Positions 13,222-26,209 are shown, counted from the stretch's first letter. The stretch: 64,000 bases of DNA from Amphiscolops sp. MND2022 (GCA_964187785.1 OZ076419.1:32674001-32738000); one strand, 5' to 3'. The notes: generated by a model from the sequence alone, not told the origin. Numbers and translations are program-made.

Positions 13222-13353
13222 TGGTTTGAATAAAGCGACTTGGATGAAGAGTAGTATTAAAAAGAGTCAACAAACTAGAAAAATGGTAAAAAAAAGAAGT
13301 CAAAAGAAGTTTGAGTTTCAAAGTTTTGAGTTTTGGAGTTTTTACTAGCAACA
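13222..13353 (-). repeat. 3' LTR of BEL element A
   Basis: Direct repeat of 18524-18653, preceded on - by GGCGGCCGGTATA. Confidence 0.9.
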
Positions 13354-13805
13354 TATACCGGCCGCCTTGAACGGGTTCAACATCATGGTGGAGGTCCTGC
13401 AAACACACAGGGTACAAAGTAGTATTTGTAGGACTTAGTGGAAAAAGCATTTTTTTGAAAAACAATCTATACTAAGCTTTGGTTAGGTTGAATAGTTAGC
13501 AAGACGGGTATCCAGACCGGCAAGTTCCAGTCGAAAAGCAATAGAAGCAAAACCAAGACCCAGTACCCATAACAAAACACAAATACGGAATAAACAAACG
13601 CGAAACGGCGTAACAGAGAAGGGCGGAACTGCGGGTAAACTTTTTTGGAAGAACCAAAAAACAAGAGCATTTAAATAGAGAAAACTGTTTTACAGGAAAT
13701 TTATACAACTACTTTGTTTGTTGAATTTCTGTTGCGATAACGAAATGAATAAATGCTGGTTGTAATATTCATGTGTTGCTTTCTCCTTAGTTCTTTATCT
13801 TTATT

Positions 13806-14500
13806 TCATTTCTTTAGGTCCTTGTTCTTGATAGTTTTGATACTCATCCAATGCTGCATGTTTCTCTTTTCTTGTTGACTTTGGTAATGCTTGAGTTCTT
13901 GGTTGTTTCCATGAGATACTTCTCCTGGAAGGAATAATGTTAGCCGATGGACTGGCCGCACGTATGATCCTCTTCGGGTATGAATCTCAACAACGCGGGT
14001 GATTTGGTCATTACCATCAAAAACTTTGATGACTTTAGCCATCGGCCACATCATTGGTGAAGTGTTGTCGTCCTTCAAGAAGGCGATGTCTCCAAGATTT
14101 TCTTGTTCCGCTGTCTACTTATTTGTTCGCTGTTGAAGACTTGTCAGATATTCTACGGACTACCGTTTCCAGAAGAAATTCATTGCTTGTTGACGTTGTT
14201 GGAATCTTCTGATGAGTGTGAGGTCTTCCTTGTTGGGTAGGTCAGAACCTGGCATTGTTAGCAGTGGTCTTCTAATCAAGAAATGTGCAGGTGTTAATGT
14301 TAGAAAATCGGTGGAGTCATTACATGAAGAAGTTATTGGACGAGAATTCATTATGGCTTCAGTTTGGGCGAGTAATGTCGTTAATTTTTCTCTAGGTAGA
14401 GTTGTTTTCAGAACCAACTGTGGTCTTCAGAAAGTGTCGTTTGAATTACTTAAGAGCTGCTTCTTAAAGACGACCGAAATGGGGTAAACGTGGTGGGATT
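13806..14500 (-). pseudogene. BEL integrase core and C-terminal DUF5641-like region (frameshifted)
   Basis: LLAQTEAIMNSRPIT...LTPAHFLI; FWKR; WPMAKVIKVFDGNDQITRVVEI...RPVHRL. Confidence 0.9.
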
Positions 14501-14599
14501 GTGAGCCAATGAGTCTCATGGTAGGCTGTAAGTGGTTGTAAGTAAGAAAACTACGAGGTCGGGAAGTCGTTCGTAATCCAGGCAATTCTGATTGATTGG

Positions 14600-16100
14600 A
14601 CAAGTTGTGCTCCCAATAGAGCTGCACAGAGCTCTAATCGAGGAACACAAAGTGTTTTGATTGGTGCCACTCGTGTTTTAGCGTGTGAAGAGGCGTCACA
14701 AAAGCAGTGTGGAGTTTAAGCAGTTCTTGAAGGGCTCATTCTTATCAAGAATGAATCTCGGGATGTCGATATCTTCGATTGATTTGAGATCGCCACTGAG
14801 ATGGTTGTATTGTTGTGTGAGGTTGTGATTCAATGGTTGATCCCAAGACAAGTTATCCAACCAAATTGTTTGAATGAACGACACCAACGGGTCAAAGATG
14901 CGGGTGACTTCGGAGAGTTTTTGTCGTTCCGTTTGTGGGACTTTAGCGGCCGGTTTCACGTCAAAGGTGAAGAAGTCCTGTTTTGGTTTCCAGACGACAC
15001 CAAGTGTTTTTATGAAGTTTTTTCGGAGGCGTTCAACGAGTGAAGGCGTTTAACGAGTGAAGGCGTTCAACGAGTGAATGATCACTCGATGACCACTTAC
15101 GTAGATGAAAACCAGCTTTAGCCAGATGCTTGATGAGGGCATCTTGCAATACTTCCAATTCTTGAAGGCGTTCAACGTGAAGGCGTTCAACGAGTGAATG
15201 ATCACTCGATGACCACTTACGTAGATGAAAACCAGCTTTAGCCAGATGCTTGATGAGGGCATCTTGCAATACTTCCAATTCTTCTTTGGATGAGGTTCCT
15301 GTTAATGGATCGTCGAAGTACATGTCGAATTTGAGCGCTAGGGCAGCGCTGTAGTACTGTAATGTTTCGGCTAGCTCGAACAGACGTCGTATGGCATGGA
15401 AGCCAGCTGATGCCACACCGTAAATATTTCGAGTCATACCGTGGTATTCTAGAGTTGACGACGGTGTTTCCTTCCATAGTAGTCTGTGTCGTTTTTGTCG
15501 AGAAGTACCTGACGGCAAATTTTGGTAACGTCGGCTGACAAAGCCACTTTGTGATATCTGAACCTGATCAAGATCTCAAAGAGGTCCTTTTGTATCTTCG
15601 GACAAGGCATGAGGTTGTCGTTTAGTGAAAATCCGGAGGTTATTTTCGCCGAGGCGTCAAAAACCACACGAAGCTTGGTTATCGTGCTGGATTCCTTGAG
15701 GACACAGTGGTGTGGCAGATAGAAAAACTTGCCGGATTCGATAGGGATTTCGGACTCCGGGATTTTCTCTTTGTGTCCAAGATCCAAAAGTTCTTCGATG
15801 AAGTCTGCGTATCTAGTATAGAGGCTCTCGTTTTTGGAGAGTCGGTAGAGAAGTGTTTCGAGGCGACGCTTGCTTGCTCAAAATAGTCATCAAGGAGTAT
15901 GGCGTCTTCTTTGAAAGGGAGTTTGACAATGAATAATCCATCTTCAATTCGTGTTGTGGTTTGTTGGAAGTGTTGTTCGCAAGCTTGTTCTTTTTTGGTG
16001 AAGTAATGGCTTTGAGGAAGATCTTCAATCTCCCAAAACTGCTTGAGGGTTACTTCTTCGGGAATTGGACTCAAGGAGCTGAGGCAGGTTGTAAAGGTTT
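14600..16100 (-). pseudogene. BEL reverse transcriptase and partial RNase H (disrupted)
   Basis: FYLPHHCVLKESSTITKLRVVFDAS, FDMYFDD (15309-15320), GFHLRKWSS, FCDAS and RVAPIK..PRLELCAA. Confidence 0.9.
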
Positions 16101-16109
16101 GAATTGACA

Positions 16110-17941
16110 CTAAGGTGAAACTCCAATGAAAACCCACCCAAACAACGAATCACGGTATGTTACATTCTTGTTTTCCTTGATCCGTGCATCCAACGTGATG
16201 GTTTCACAAAGTTCAGCTCCGATGAGCATGTCGATTCCAGAAGGTGTGTTGAATGTCGGATCGGCGAGCTTGAGATTTGGAAGATGCGTGAAAGACGATG
16301 TGGAAACCTTGCTTGAAGCTTGAAGGCAAGATGTTTGTGAGCTTTGGCATTCAAAGGCTTTCACTGGAGTAGCTAATGCTCTTTCTGGGGTGATTAGGAA
16401 GACTGTGGGCCCTCGATGTTGTAACTCATCCTTGGCGCCCAGACCAAAGATGCGCACTTGTTATTTCTTCACTGGGAGACCTAGTCGTGTGACTAGATTC
16501 TCAGTGATGAGATTGTTTTGGGAACCTGAGTCGAGAAGTGCTCGGCAAAGGGTCGTTTCCCATTCACTAAAACTGGTATCATGGCTGGTTCCCTTTGTTT
16601 AATGAGATAGCGAGGAAGCGTTGAACTGTTCTGGTGGTGGCGGTGATGCTGTATTAGTTGTGTATTCTGATTCATTGTATCGAATGTTATCTGCGACTGT
16701 ACTGTTGACAGAACGTGTTTGTCGTGGTGATTGCAGATGGAGTAAAGTGTGATGCTTCAGATTGCAAATTCTACAGGTTGTACCTCTGCATTCTTGTTGT
16801 CGGTGGACTGCTCGTAAGCAATTGAAGCAAAGTTTTTTGAGTTTGACGAACTTAGCTCGATTCGGTACTGAAAGTTGCTTGAACTTTGGGCAAAGATGTA
16901 ATTTGTGAGTACCATTGTAACACTCACAGTTGGATTCGTTCGCTGTCGTGTTGGTGTTGTAGCACCATTGAAAAGAGTGTGATTGGTGGTTGTTGCTTTG
17001 AAGAGTTGTAAAGCGATGCTGTGGCGAAGTAGTTGGCGCTGAGAGTGTCAATCCTTCTAGAGCCAAGCATCGAGCTTCCAGGACTTTTTAAAAGTCGTTG
17101 TAGGTTTGAGGGTCCGTTACAGGCGTTGAGAGCTCCCAAAACTTCCTCGTGTCGGCAGGGAATTTTTCTGTGACGAGGTATGCTGGAAAACATTTTGTTG
17201 GTCGACTGGTTAGCCCATGTTCTCCAATCGCTGTTCTTCAACGGTTTCTACAAGTTGAGGAAGATCTTTAGCTGTTTCGTTGGTAAAATGTTTCTGTGTA
17301 GAAATGGCAAGTACATGAGTGCGCAAGATCATGTTTTTGTAGCGATCTCGCAACATCTTCAAGGCGACAGTGTAGTTAGCATCAGCGATTGTTACTGATG
17401 CTAGAAGCTTCGCTGCATCGCCCTGCAAAGATGCTTTGAGATACTGCAGTTTTTGACTGTCCTGCAGAGTTCCGTAATTGTGATCTGCTCCAGTGAACAA
17501 GTCGAAGAATGAGGTCCAGAAGAAATAGTCTCCTGAGGACGTTGGTAGATCCAGTTTAGGGATATTGGCTGTGTTTAAAGTTGGCGTGCTTCTCGTGGTT
17601 GTTGCTGATGTAGGTCCACGTACGGTTGGTGTGTTGCTTTTGCTGAATCGGTCTGTCTGGTGTAGTTGTTGAAAAAGTTTATCGTCAATTTCTTCAGATA
17701 GCAGAATGTCGGTTTCCAGGATTTCTTCGTTGTCGAACTTGGCTTGAATTTGTTGTTTGATTTCGTTTAGGAAGGTTTGTTTTCTGGAGAAGTCTTTGTG
17801 TAGATGTTCCAATCGAATAACTGCATCGGTGATGGTTACGGAGCGCTTCGGCCGAATTAGGGATTCTGCTTCTGTCGAGTATTTAGTAGCAACTGACTTA
17901 TGGGAAGCACGGTTTTTCTTTTGCATTTCAACCTCTGTCAA
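16110..17941 (-). pseudogene. BEL Gag (DUF1759-like, triple Cys-His knuckles) and aspartic protease
   Basis: IPKLDLPT...WTSFFDLF...KLQYLKASLQGDA; CECYNGTHKLHLC / CFNCLRAVHRQQEC / CRICNLKHHTLLH; CRALLDSGSQ at ~16510-16555. Confidence 0.92.
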
Positions 17942-18523
17942 TCTGGCTTTTGAATTCTTTGTTTTTTTGAAGCTGTTTCTGTGTTTTTGTTTTCTTCAAT
18001 TGAATTAATTTTACGTTTCTTTGGACTTTGAGCTGGCCTTGACATCAAATACTTTGCGAGAACCTTGACATTTTTGAATAGTGACGAATATTGCTCTAAC
18101 TATTTTGAATTTGGCTTTACAAACTGTAAATCTTTGGATACTGACGAAGACTGCTTTGAGTTCCTACAGGTTTCGTTTTACAAACTTTGAATCTTTGAAC
18201 ACTGACGAATATTGCTTCGATTAACTTTGACTTTGTCTTTACAAACTTTGGATGCGTCGTATTTGCAAACTTTGGATACTTTTGAATTTCTTGAAACTTG
18301 AAATACTTCGTCTGTAGTGGAAAGTATCCTGTACGGATTGACGTTACAGGTTTGAAACTTTGATTGGCGAGAAAATATATTTTTATGAAAACAGCTTGTG
18401 TTTTCGTTTTTGGAAGGTTGGGGGGTTTAAATAGGCTTGTTTTGAAACTAATTCTGAGGCTCATTTTGTCAGTAAAGCATGAGTTTTAATTAAATGAAAT
18501 TTGTTTCCAATGACCACCAAAAA

Positions 18524-18653
18524 TGGTTTGAATAAAGCGATTCGAATGAAGAGTAGTATTAAAAAGAGTGAACAAAGTATAAAATGGTAGACAAAGAAGT
18601 CAATAGAAGTTTGAGTTTCAAAACTTCGAGTTTTGGAGTTTTTACTATCAACA
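18524..18653 (-). repeat. 5' LTR of BEL element A
   Basis: Direct repeat of 13222-13353, followed on - by tttt-TGGTGGTCATTGG. Confidence 0.9.
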
Positions 18654-19189
18654 TGAAGATTTAAGAAGTGTACTTCTTTATAGGTACAATATAAAGCAGG
18701 TACTTGTACAAGATTATATGACTCGAGATTATATTTGTGATTTATTCAAAATTACCCAGCGAAGTTTCCTGATAGTGCTTGTGGGTCTTCTGATCACAGA
18801 CGTAACCCAAGAATGGCGCTCACAAACAGTTAAGTAAAACAAACAAAGAATAAAGTCCAAATAAACACTGACTTTGGAATTAAGATTGAAATCGGGGCGG
18901 TCTTTGTCTTCGATTTTCGATTTTCAGTCTAAATATCTCGTTTGGGTCAAAATTAATTGATTGGTTGAAAACTAGTGCTCAATGGACTTCTACACAGTTT
19001 AACAACTTTTTGGAGTTGGCTGAATTGAACTGTTTTCCATACGTTTTGTGAATCTAGTTTGAGGAGCTAACACCGCTTCTTCATAAAGATGGATGTAAAA
19101 GGATGATTTTAAATTCTCTTTCCATCAATAACCTGACTCCAAATGAGTTTCATCTGAACTAACACGAGAAGTTGAACAAGACGAGAACG

Positions 19190-19500
19190 TCTAAAGTCGG
19201 CGCGTTATCTAAAGTTCAAAAAGCGCAAAACGTTTTTCTGAGAAAAACTTGCAATTTTTGTCATTTTTTGGAAACATACCCTTTGGATTGATTCTGTTGC
19301 AAAATATCCAAAAATTCGAAGGGAAAAATAAGTCGAATAGTGCCGAAAAAAATCGGAAGAGTCTCGTCCGGTTTTGTAAGTAACCTTAAAAAAGTAAAAA
19401 ATGGAAGGGGGACCCTTTATATTGAGTTTGCACATTGGCTCGAGTTGGTCTTAGTGGTTTCAGAAGTTTCTCTAAAAAAAGGACCGAACAGTGCGAGTCC
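19190..19500. mobile_element. Degenerate HINE-like repeat copy
   Basis: aagtcggcgc motif at ~19195 plus A-tract/ggggaccc internal motifs like 4986-5645. Confidence 0.45.
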
Positions 19501-20382
19501 GAAGAAAACAAAAGGTCACTAATAGCTTTGATATGTTTCAATTTGTTCAACAAAATCTTTCATTTCTAATTTCTTTGCAAATATTGAACTTCTTGTGCTT
19601 GTCATAAACTGTTTCTTTTTATTCTGGAAACTTTCGGCGCTTAGCGGGCGTGTTGTTGCATAATATCTTTGTTTTTGTTCTAGCAAAATATACGCCAACC
19701 CCTACCATGATCTAGAAACAAGTAAGTTTGTCATTTTAATTTCGGCAATAAGTTCTCTGTATCAAAATCCACTCTGCAGCTTGACTCATAAATCTCAACT
19801 AGATTTTCTGTTTTTCAATTTCTTTGACTTCCTTTATTATTTCCACTGAAGTTTGTGGCTAGCTTTTGAATCACACACCCAAACTGGTAAATTTAAATGA
19901 TTTCGTTATAAAAGAATTGAAGCGCCTTGGTTTAGCGAGGTAGTGGCACGGAATACAAGATATCAGATTGTTGTTTCTAAGCTCACGTACTGCTCAAAAA
20001 CTTCCCAAGCCTGCAAAACCAGCCTATGTCAGAAACGTTTTTTTGGCACTGTGCCAGTTTTCTGTTACTTTATTCTAATTTGATCGAAAAATGTTCTCAC
20101 CAAACTCAAGTTTATCGATATTTTTAGTAAAGGGAAGTGTAAAGGGAAGTGTTCTACAAACCTGAAAGGTCCGCTTTGGGTTTTGACACTTGCTACTTTT
20201 TTGAGCTTTCCAATATTGTTTCAACTTTTTAAGCTTTTTTCTCTTCAATATTTCTTAGCACTCTGAAAAGTTCCAGATTTTTCCTGTAATTCACGGGACG
20301 CGTTCACGTATTGAATGATAAGGCATCGACTTAAAACATTTTCGGAAGAAAACTTGTTTCAAACATTATTTTTTACATTACC

Positions 20383-22380
20383 TGTAAGAAAATTTAGCTA
20401 CAAGGGTTGGAGAGAAAACCCAAGGTCTCAACTCTTAACAGAAAGGTTATTTTGTTTGGTAGGTAAGGCTTCTGCGTCGATTGCTAGCCCGACTACCTTT
20501 CTCTTCAAATTGCTCTTCGGATCTAATTAATCCAAAAAGTTCGGATGAGATGATACAATTACTTCTATACAGCAAAATTAATACTATCACAGCAAAGGTA
20601 ACACTAATTAGTTCGCAACTGCCAAACTAAATAACCTCTATCTCTATGAAAAGGAGAACAACCCGAGATTCAGCCAATCCCGTAGGGGAGTCCAATCTTT
20701 GTTAAAGCTCCGACGTCAACAAAGTCACAAGTCCCGGACTTGTCAGTAAGTTTTCTTTAGGCTATCGACAACAAAATCTTCTAGAAGTGTCTCTTGTCTC
20801 CGGGAGACTCAACTTTCTTCTAGTTCTTTTACTCGGTTGTGTCTAATCGGTATACTTCAAATGCGTTTCAATTATATTTCTTTGTCGCGCGTGTTCTGGG
20901 TGGTTTCATCTTAACTTTCTATCATACTTGACATTTTCGTTACATAAAGGGCGTCGGCGTCCTAAATTTGCATGAGTTTACCTTCATGTTTACTATTCCT
21001 TTTATGGCAAGGCGAACGCGGCTAATAAAACTTCGAATAAACATTCCTTGCCGCCGACGACAAATAATTCACATCTTGTCCAAAGTTCACATTTCAATAA
21101 TAATTCAAGTCACCCGAGATATTTTTAATATCGAAGAAATTGCTCAATAACCTTCAACTGCATGGTTTATATGTTCTCTACGTGTAAGGGGTTTGTTTTT
21201 ATCATCCTAGGTGCGATACATCGCGAATCGTTCCGCCTGACTGAAATGCATAAATTATCGCCTAAAGACGCTGATTTACATGTTTTTTTGTACGTTTTCC
21301 TATATGTTCCGGTTGCATCTAAAATGATCTTGAGGTCCATCGGTGACCTTGAAGCTATTTATCCACATCTAATGTCACTACATGCCAAGTTATATTGTCC
21401 TCGGGTCAATGGTCTTCGAGTTACATGATATGCGTATCGTCTGTTTACTTAAGGCGGTCACCCCCGCGTGGGTTACATATAAGGTTTACTTCACGTTATA
21501 AATCGACTACGTTCATCATTCCAGTTCGTTTGAAGTATTACAAGCCAAGGTCAATGTCTATTATCGGTCGGGCTCGCGCGTCCGGTCCCGCGAGCCTTAA
21601 ACAAACATTAGTGTCGCTAGGTGAACTGAACATCTGGGACAAGTTTTATGATCTTCGGGCCATCCGGTGGCTTTTTCCATAACACTCCGGGTTTATTTAC
21701 TTAGGGTCCGTGCTCCTCCTACGCTTGTCATAGGGTTCCGAAAATGCGCGCAAACAGCCTAATATCCTATGGGCTATCAATTGCATATATAAAACGACTT
21801 ATTCCGTGCTTGGCCGACGAGTTCGTATGGGGTCGACCTAGGTCACTTCCGGTGCTAATAGCCCGGGACTGGGGGGAGGTACGAGGTCGGGTACTCCGAG
21901 GCGAAAGTTGAATTAACACCTCTAGTTTATGCATGCCAAAATTCAGCTCGATCGAAGAAGTCCTTCCCAAAAAGGAGGGGTGGTGTTTTTTCCCTCGGAT
22001 CTCCGTTTTCGTCCAAAATAAAAACGTAGCAAATTTCGCTCGAAGCGGTCGATTCTAACTTAGCAAATTCGAACAATTTCGTTGTTGACGTCAATTCTAT
22101 CTCACTCAAACAATCAAATTTACTCTTTCTATTATCCGTTTGCTATCCGCAGTTCTATTCGCGCACGCTATTGCATTGCAATATAGTAATTATTCTAATA
22201 TGGATCCTGAAAGTTACAACGAAAGGGTGGATTATATCCCATCCGGTGCCTTGCCTTCTCACATGGGTGCCCGTCAACGCTATTGCTTTGAGCAAGGCAC
22301 AAAAAGGTACTCTCTAGATCACAGTCTTCGCGCAAAAGTAATGGGATTTTTCTAAAACGCCAAATATCAAAAATTCCACA
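20383..22380 (-). repeat. 3' LTR (1998 bp) of the macrodomain element
   Basis: Direct repeat of 26252-28302; lacks a ~50-bp segment present in the other LTR at ~27481-27530. Confidence 0.97.
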
Positions 22381-23731
22381 CTCTTCTTTTCTGGACTTTT
22401 ATTCTCCCGAATAAACTTAGCGATCCTATGGTTGGCTGAATCGTGGGATCTATAAGGGGTTGGGCATTGGTCAAAATGATGCCCGAATAAGGACAATAAC
22501 ACCAATACCAATCGTTGGTAAAAAGTACAGTATTCATCAACTAGTACAACATTAAATATCAGCAATAAAGTAGGCAATTTAAACATCATAGAATCAGAAA
22601 AGCACCGATGTCCTAATTTAATAAATCACTAAAGTAATTTTTGGGGTGGGCAACCAAAGCAGTAAATCTAGTTTAGGTTTATAATATAACGATGAGGGTT
22701 AAAATGAAAAATGGTTTAAGTTATGAATTTATGAGTAACCCCCGCGACATTCTCGATTCTACCATAAATCGATTAACACTCCAACCCCCTCCCGATCTAC
22801 TGGATGAAAATTCCCCGCAACGGCGAAAATTTTTCTGAGCATCTCCAGTAACGTGGCCCACCTTTTATTGACCAGGAGAATATTCGGACTACCTATAACC
22901 CACCAGGCTGGCGCGGGTGATGATCAATTTATTTTTATTCACAGTCATCATCCGTCATCATTGACTCCCTTCACCAAAATTGGAATACAGTATTCATAAC
23001 CCTCCTTCTAACTTGGGAAAGTCCCCTCAATGCTTACGAAACAAGTATGATTCAGGGTTCGGTCGAGTCGTCTAGGCGCCTTTAAAGAGAAGGTTACCGA
23101 GACCAAAGTATATAACGAAAAGATACTGCACCAACCTATGTATCGAAGCAAGTCTGGGGGTACTACGATTCTTTGCCAGGTACAAAACGACGGTTTGGCA
23201 CCGCATCGTAACATCCGGGGTAGTAGTGCCAGGGGGAGGTTTGTTAGGCGTAAATAAAAAAAATGTCAAAGCGAAACAGCGCTTTGGTGAAAGAGTTTTT
23301 CTCAGATCGAGTAAAACCAAGGGGCGGGGTCACAATTCAAGAAAGAGACATACTTTCTTTGTAAGGAGGAAACCTCAGGAAAGGGTCTCGTTGAGGTCGT
23401 GAAAACTATACGCAAGAACATGCTTTGAGTATTGGGGGGAGTGACCTTGTTTCGATGCGCCATTGTTGTAGTAATACCCAAAATTCTAATACCTAGCACT
23501 GCTAATTCAAAATTCTTTCTTCCCTTCTGCTCGCTTCGAAACAACGTCAAAGGGGGGTTTCAGGTGTTCACGGGTGGGGCGTTACTTGATTGATAAAAAA
23601 ACAGAAACAAGAAAAACGTGAGATTGTGGAAAGTTTCACTATGTTTCACAAAGTCATCAAGCTGAATCGAAGTTTCGGGTCAAATACATCTAACCAAAGA
23701 CACGTCAATCTTCCGAAGTGATAGTTGTTCT

Positions 23732-24415
23732 TTAAGCCATCATCTTCTCACGTCCAGTGACATCAGGCCGAACCGCTCCGCGCTTGACTGACCACAATCC
23801 TGCATTCTCACTCCCCTCGTGTCGCAGAGACCGCAACCCTCGCTCCTTGAACATTCTCAGTTCCGATTGTTGGTTCCTGTTGGACCAGTTGTCAATGTAC
23901 TCCGAGCTGGAAGGTGTCAGCGAAGGGCGTTCTTCCCTTCTGGTTTCGACTCCTTCGAGGTCAGTCTCGCAATTGAGCGCCGGGTTCTGCTGAGGGGCTG
24001 CATACACTGTAAGTTACGTGACTCCCTTTGCAGACGTCTTTAGTCAGACTTCTTATTTCACTCCAATTCAGTTGCTCCAACCCACAGCCAATTCTCGGCA
24101 GGCTTATTCTTTTGACTCCAGACCACTCAGCGTGGATCCTCAATTTTGTTGCAGTGACGTTTTCACGGATTCGTAGGTCGGTTTCTCGAACTATCGTTGT
24201 TTGGTCACCAGGTGATACACGTAGCGACGTTCTTGTTCAATCGACTGCGCAAATACGGGCTGCGTCTTGTGGTCGATGTCCTTTGGATAAGTGGTGGGAT
24301 ACCTCGTTTTGACTTGCCTGGCCATCCCGGTCCCCATGTGGAAATCATCCGAAACACAGTGAGCTAAACAATCTTTTGATGAGAATAGGTCTCCCTCAAT
24401 CTCTTCGTACTCCAG
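23732..24415 (-). pseudogene. TARG1/OARD1-like (Poa1p/DarG-type) macrodomain plus ~90-aa tail, disrupted by one stop and two frameshifts
   Basis: YEEIEGDLFSSKDCLAHCVSDDFHMGTGMARQVKTRY...RYVYHLVTKQR*FEKPTYESVKTSLQQ/RIHAEWSGVKRISLPRIGCGLEQLNWSEI.../TVY aligns along its length with the OARD1 pattern GDLF..LAHCISED..MGAGIA..RYIYYLITK...KPTY...SMPRIGCGLD.L.W. Confidence 0.93.
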
Positions 24416-25156
24416 GTTTCCGAGTAACCCATCACTTACAACGTTGCCACAAAGTGTCTTTTGATGAGGTTTCATGGTAGTGACAATGGGGCATCTGCTG
24501 CCATCGCACCGGTAATCGGAGGCTGTCGTCGATACCATGCGGAAATCAGCCTCAGAGTCAACAAACATTGCGTCCCATCGCCCTGGTGGCGGTTCCTCTC
24601 CGGATTCCCATCTTGGATCCCTGCTTTCGAAAACACTCAAGTGCTGAGTGGAGGATGCCGACCGTGAGAGTTCAGTCTCCGCGCTTTCACGGCTGTCACT
24701 GGTGGTCCGCTGGTAACAATTTCCTCCGTCTTCGCCCCATTGCGATTCAACAACTCTCATTTTCAGCGGTTCTGGGGACAGAGGTGGTATGGACAGTTCG
24801 TGTTTCCCAAAATCAACAATAAATTTGTGCTTTTTCAGGGTTTTCAAGCCCAAAATAACTAATGGCTCGCAGTGGGGAACCACCACAAACTCTTCTTGCT
24901 CCTCCATGGGTCCCAGATGCAATTTCAGGAGGACAATTCCCTTAGTCGTCACTGGTTGGCCGTCTACAGATCGCAACTGTCCACAAAACGCTTCGACCAT
25001 GTCATCGAGTTTGAGCGATTCCAACGCACTTGAGTCCACCACGTTCACGCCAGCTCCCGTGTCTAACCGAACGTCCATCTCTTTCCCCTCAATTCGTGCT
25101 TTCACAAAGACACCGCTGTTACAACCAGAACAGTCAACCACACGCACAGCGTTCAA
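24416..25156 (-). CDS. Retropepsin-like aspartic protease and linker, in frame with the macrodomain
   Basis: FVKARIEGKEMDVRLDTGAGVNVV...ILGLKTLKKHKFIVDFGKHEL within the 24191-25156 ORF. Confidence 0.92.
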
Positions 25157-26209
25157 CGCTTTTCTATTGCTAGACCGGCCCTCTCAACAATTTGTGCGGC
25201 TTTCTCTTTTGTCAACTTCCCATGCATCTCAGAAGCGTCTTCGACCACCACCTGCTGTTTGGGGCATTGTTGGGGAGAATGTCCAAAATACTCGCAGATT
25301 AGGCATTTATCGGCTGCAAGACAACTGTCCACCTGGAACTTCCGCTCGTTCGCTACAGGGAAGGCCTCGTTTCTCCATGGGTCCGTCAACACAGCCCGCT
25401 TCTCAGGCCTCGCCGTTGTCGACATAGTTTCCAAAAACGTCATCATCATCTGTGTCATCTGGTCCATTCTTCTTGTGAACTGGTGTAACCCCTCTTTCCA
25501 CGGTTCGAGTGAATAACCATGGAACTCACAACTTGACTCTTGCTGCCTTTCAAACTCTTCATATCGCTCTTGTGAACGGCCACGTGTCGTTCGAGCAATA
25601 ACTTCCAAGTCAACGGCCCTGTTCACTAGATCCCCAAATGTTTGTGGGTTTTCTTTCAACAACTGAACCTCCAGTTGTACATCGCTCAAACCCTCGAGAA
25701 ACTTCTCCTAAAACAACTCGTCTCTCGTGTTGAGATCCTTCTCCGAGTAGGCAATCTTTCCAATGTTTCTCACTCGTCGGGCAAATTCCCTCAGGGTTTC
25801 CTCTGGTCGCTGTCGAAGTTTTCTAAATTCTGCTTTCCCCAGACGGTCATTTCGCATCCTTCCCATTTCTCGACTCAGGTGATTGAATAGGGCTGCTAAC
25901 GTAGGTGCATCAGCCCCTTCAACTTGCTCTTTCAGCTGCCGACCCTGTAGAATACGTTTTCCATTGGGACAAATCTGGATAGTTCTGCGAGGGGAAGCTG
26001 TCAGGTGTGATTGATCCATTGCCAAACAGTCGATTCTCATTCCCGTTGAGACCCTGTATCACCCCTTGGGCAACGGCCTCCATTATTGCAAGACTCTCTT
26101 CATTTTCTATCCCAGAAGTGTTCCTTTGGGTGTCAAATGACTGCAATGGCAAGTCTTTCAGCCCCAAGGCGTTCTCAGTCGACCAGTCTCCTCGCGAGTT
26201 CCATTTCAA
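25153..26209 (-). pseudogene. Gag (retrotransposon-gag region + CCHC knuckle), frameshifted
   Basis: EFRKLRQRPEETLREFARRV; CLICEYFGHSPQQC. Confidence 0.88.

Larger units (their letters stand above)
13222..18653 (-). mobile_element. BEL/Pao LTR retrotransposon, old and internally deleted
   Basis: LTRs 13222-13353 and 18524-18653 (TGTTG...ACCA on -; roughly 10% diverged by hand count). Near-TSD TTAAG/TGAAG (5 bp). PBS TGGTGGTCATTGG after the 5' LTR. BEL Gag, protease, RT, RNase H remnants and integrase in order. Confidence 0.95.

Noticed and set aside
22314-23550. Short hydrophobic ORFs in the macrodomain element's 3' region as a possible env
   Set aside because: Fragments under 100 aa with no furin site, fusion peptide or Cys pattern recognised.
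24789-25516. Plus-strand 212-aa and 85-aa ORFs
   Set aside because: Antisense shadows of the protease and Gag frames.
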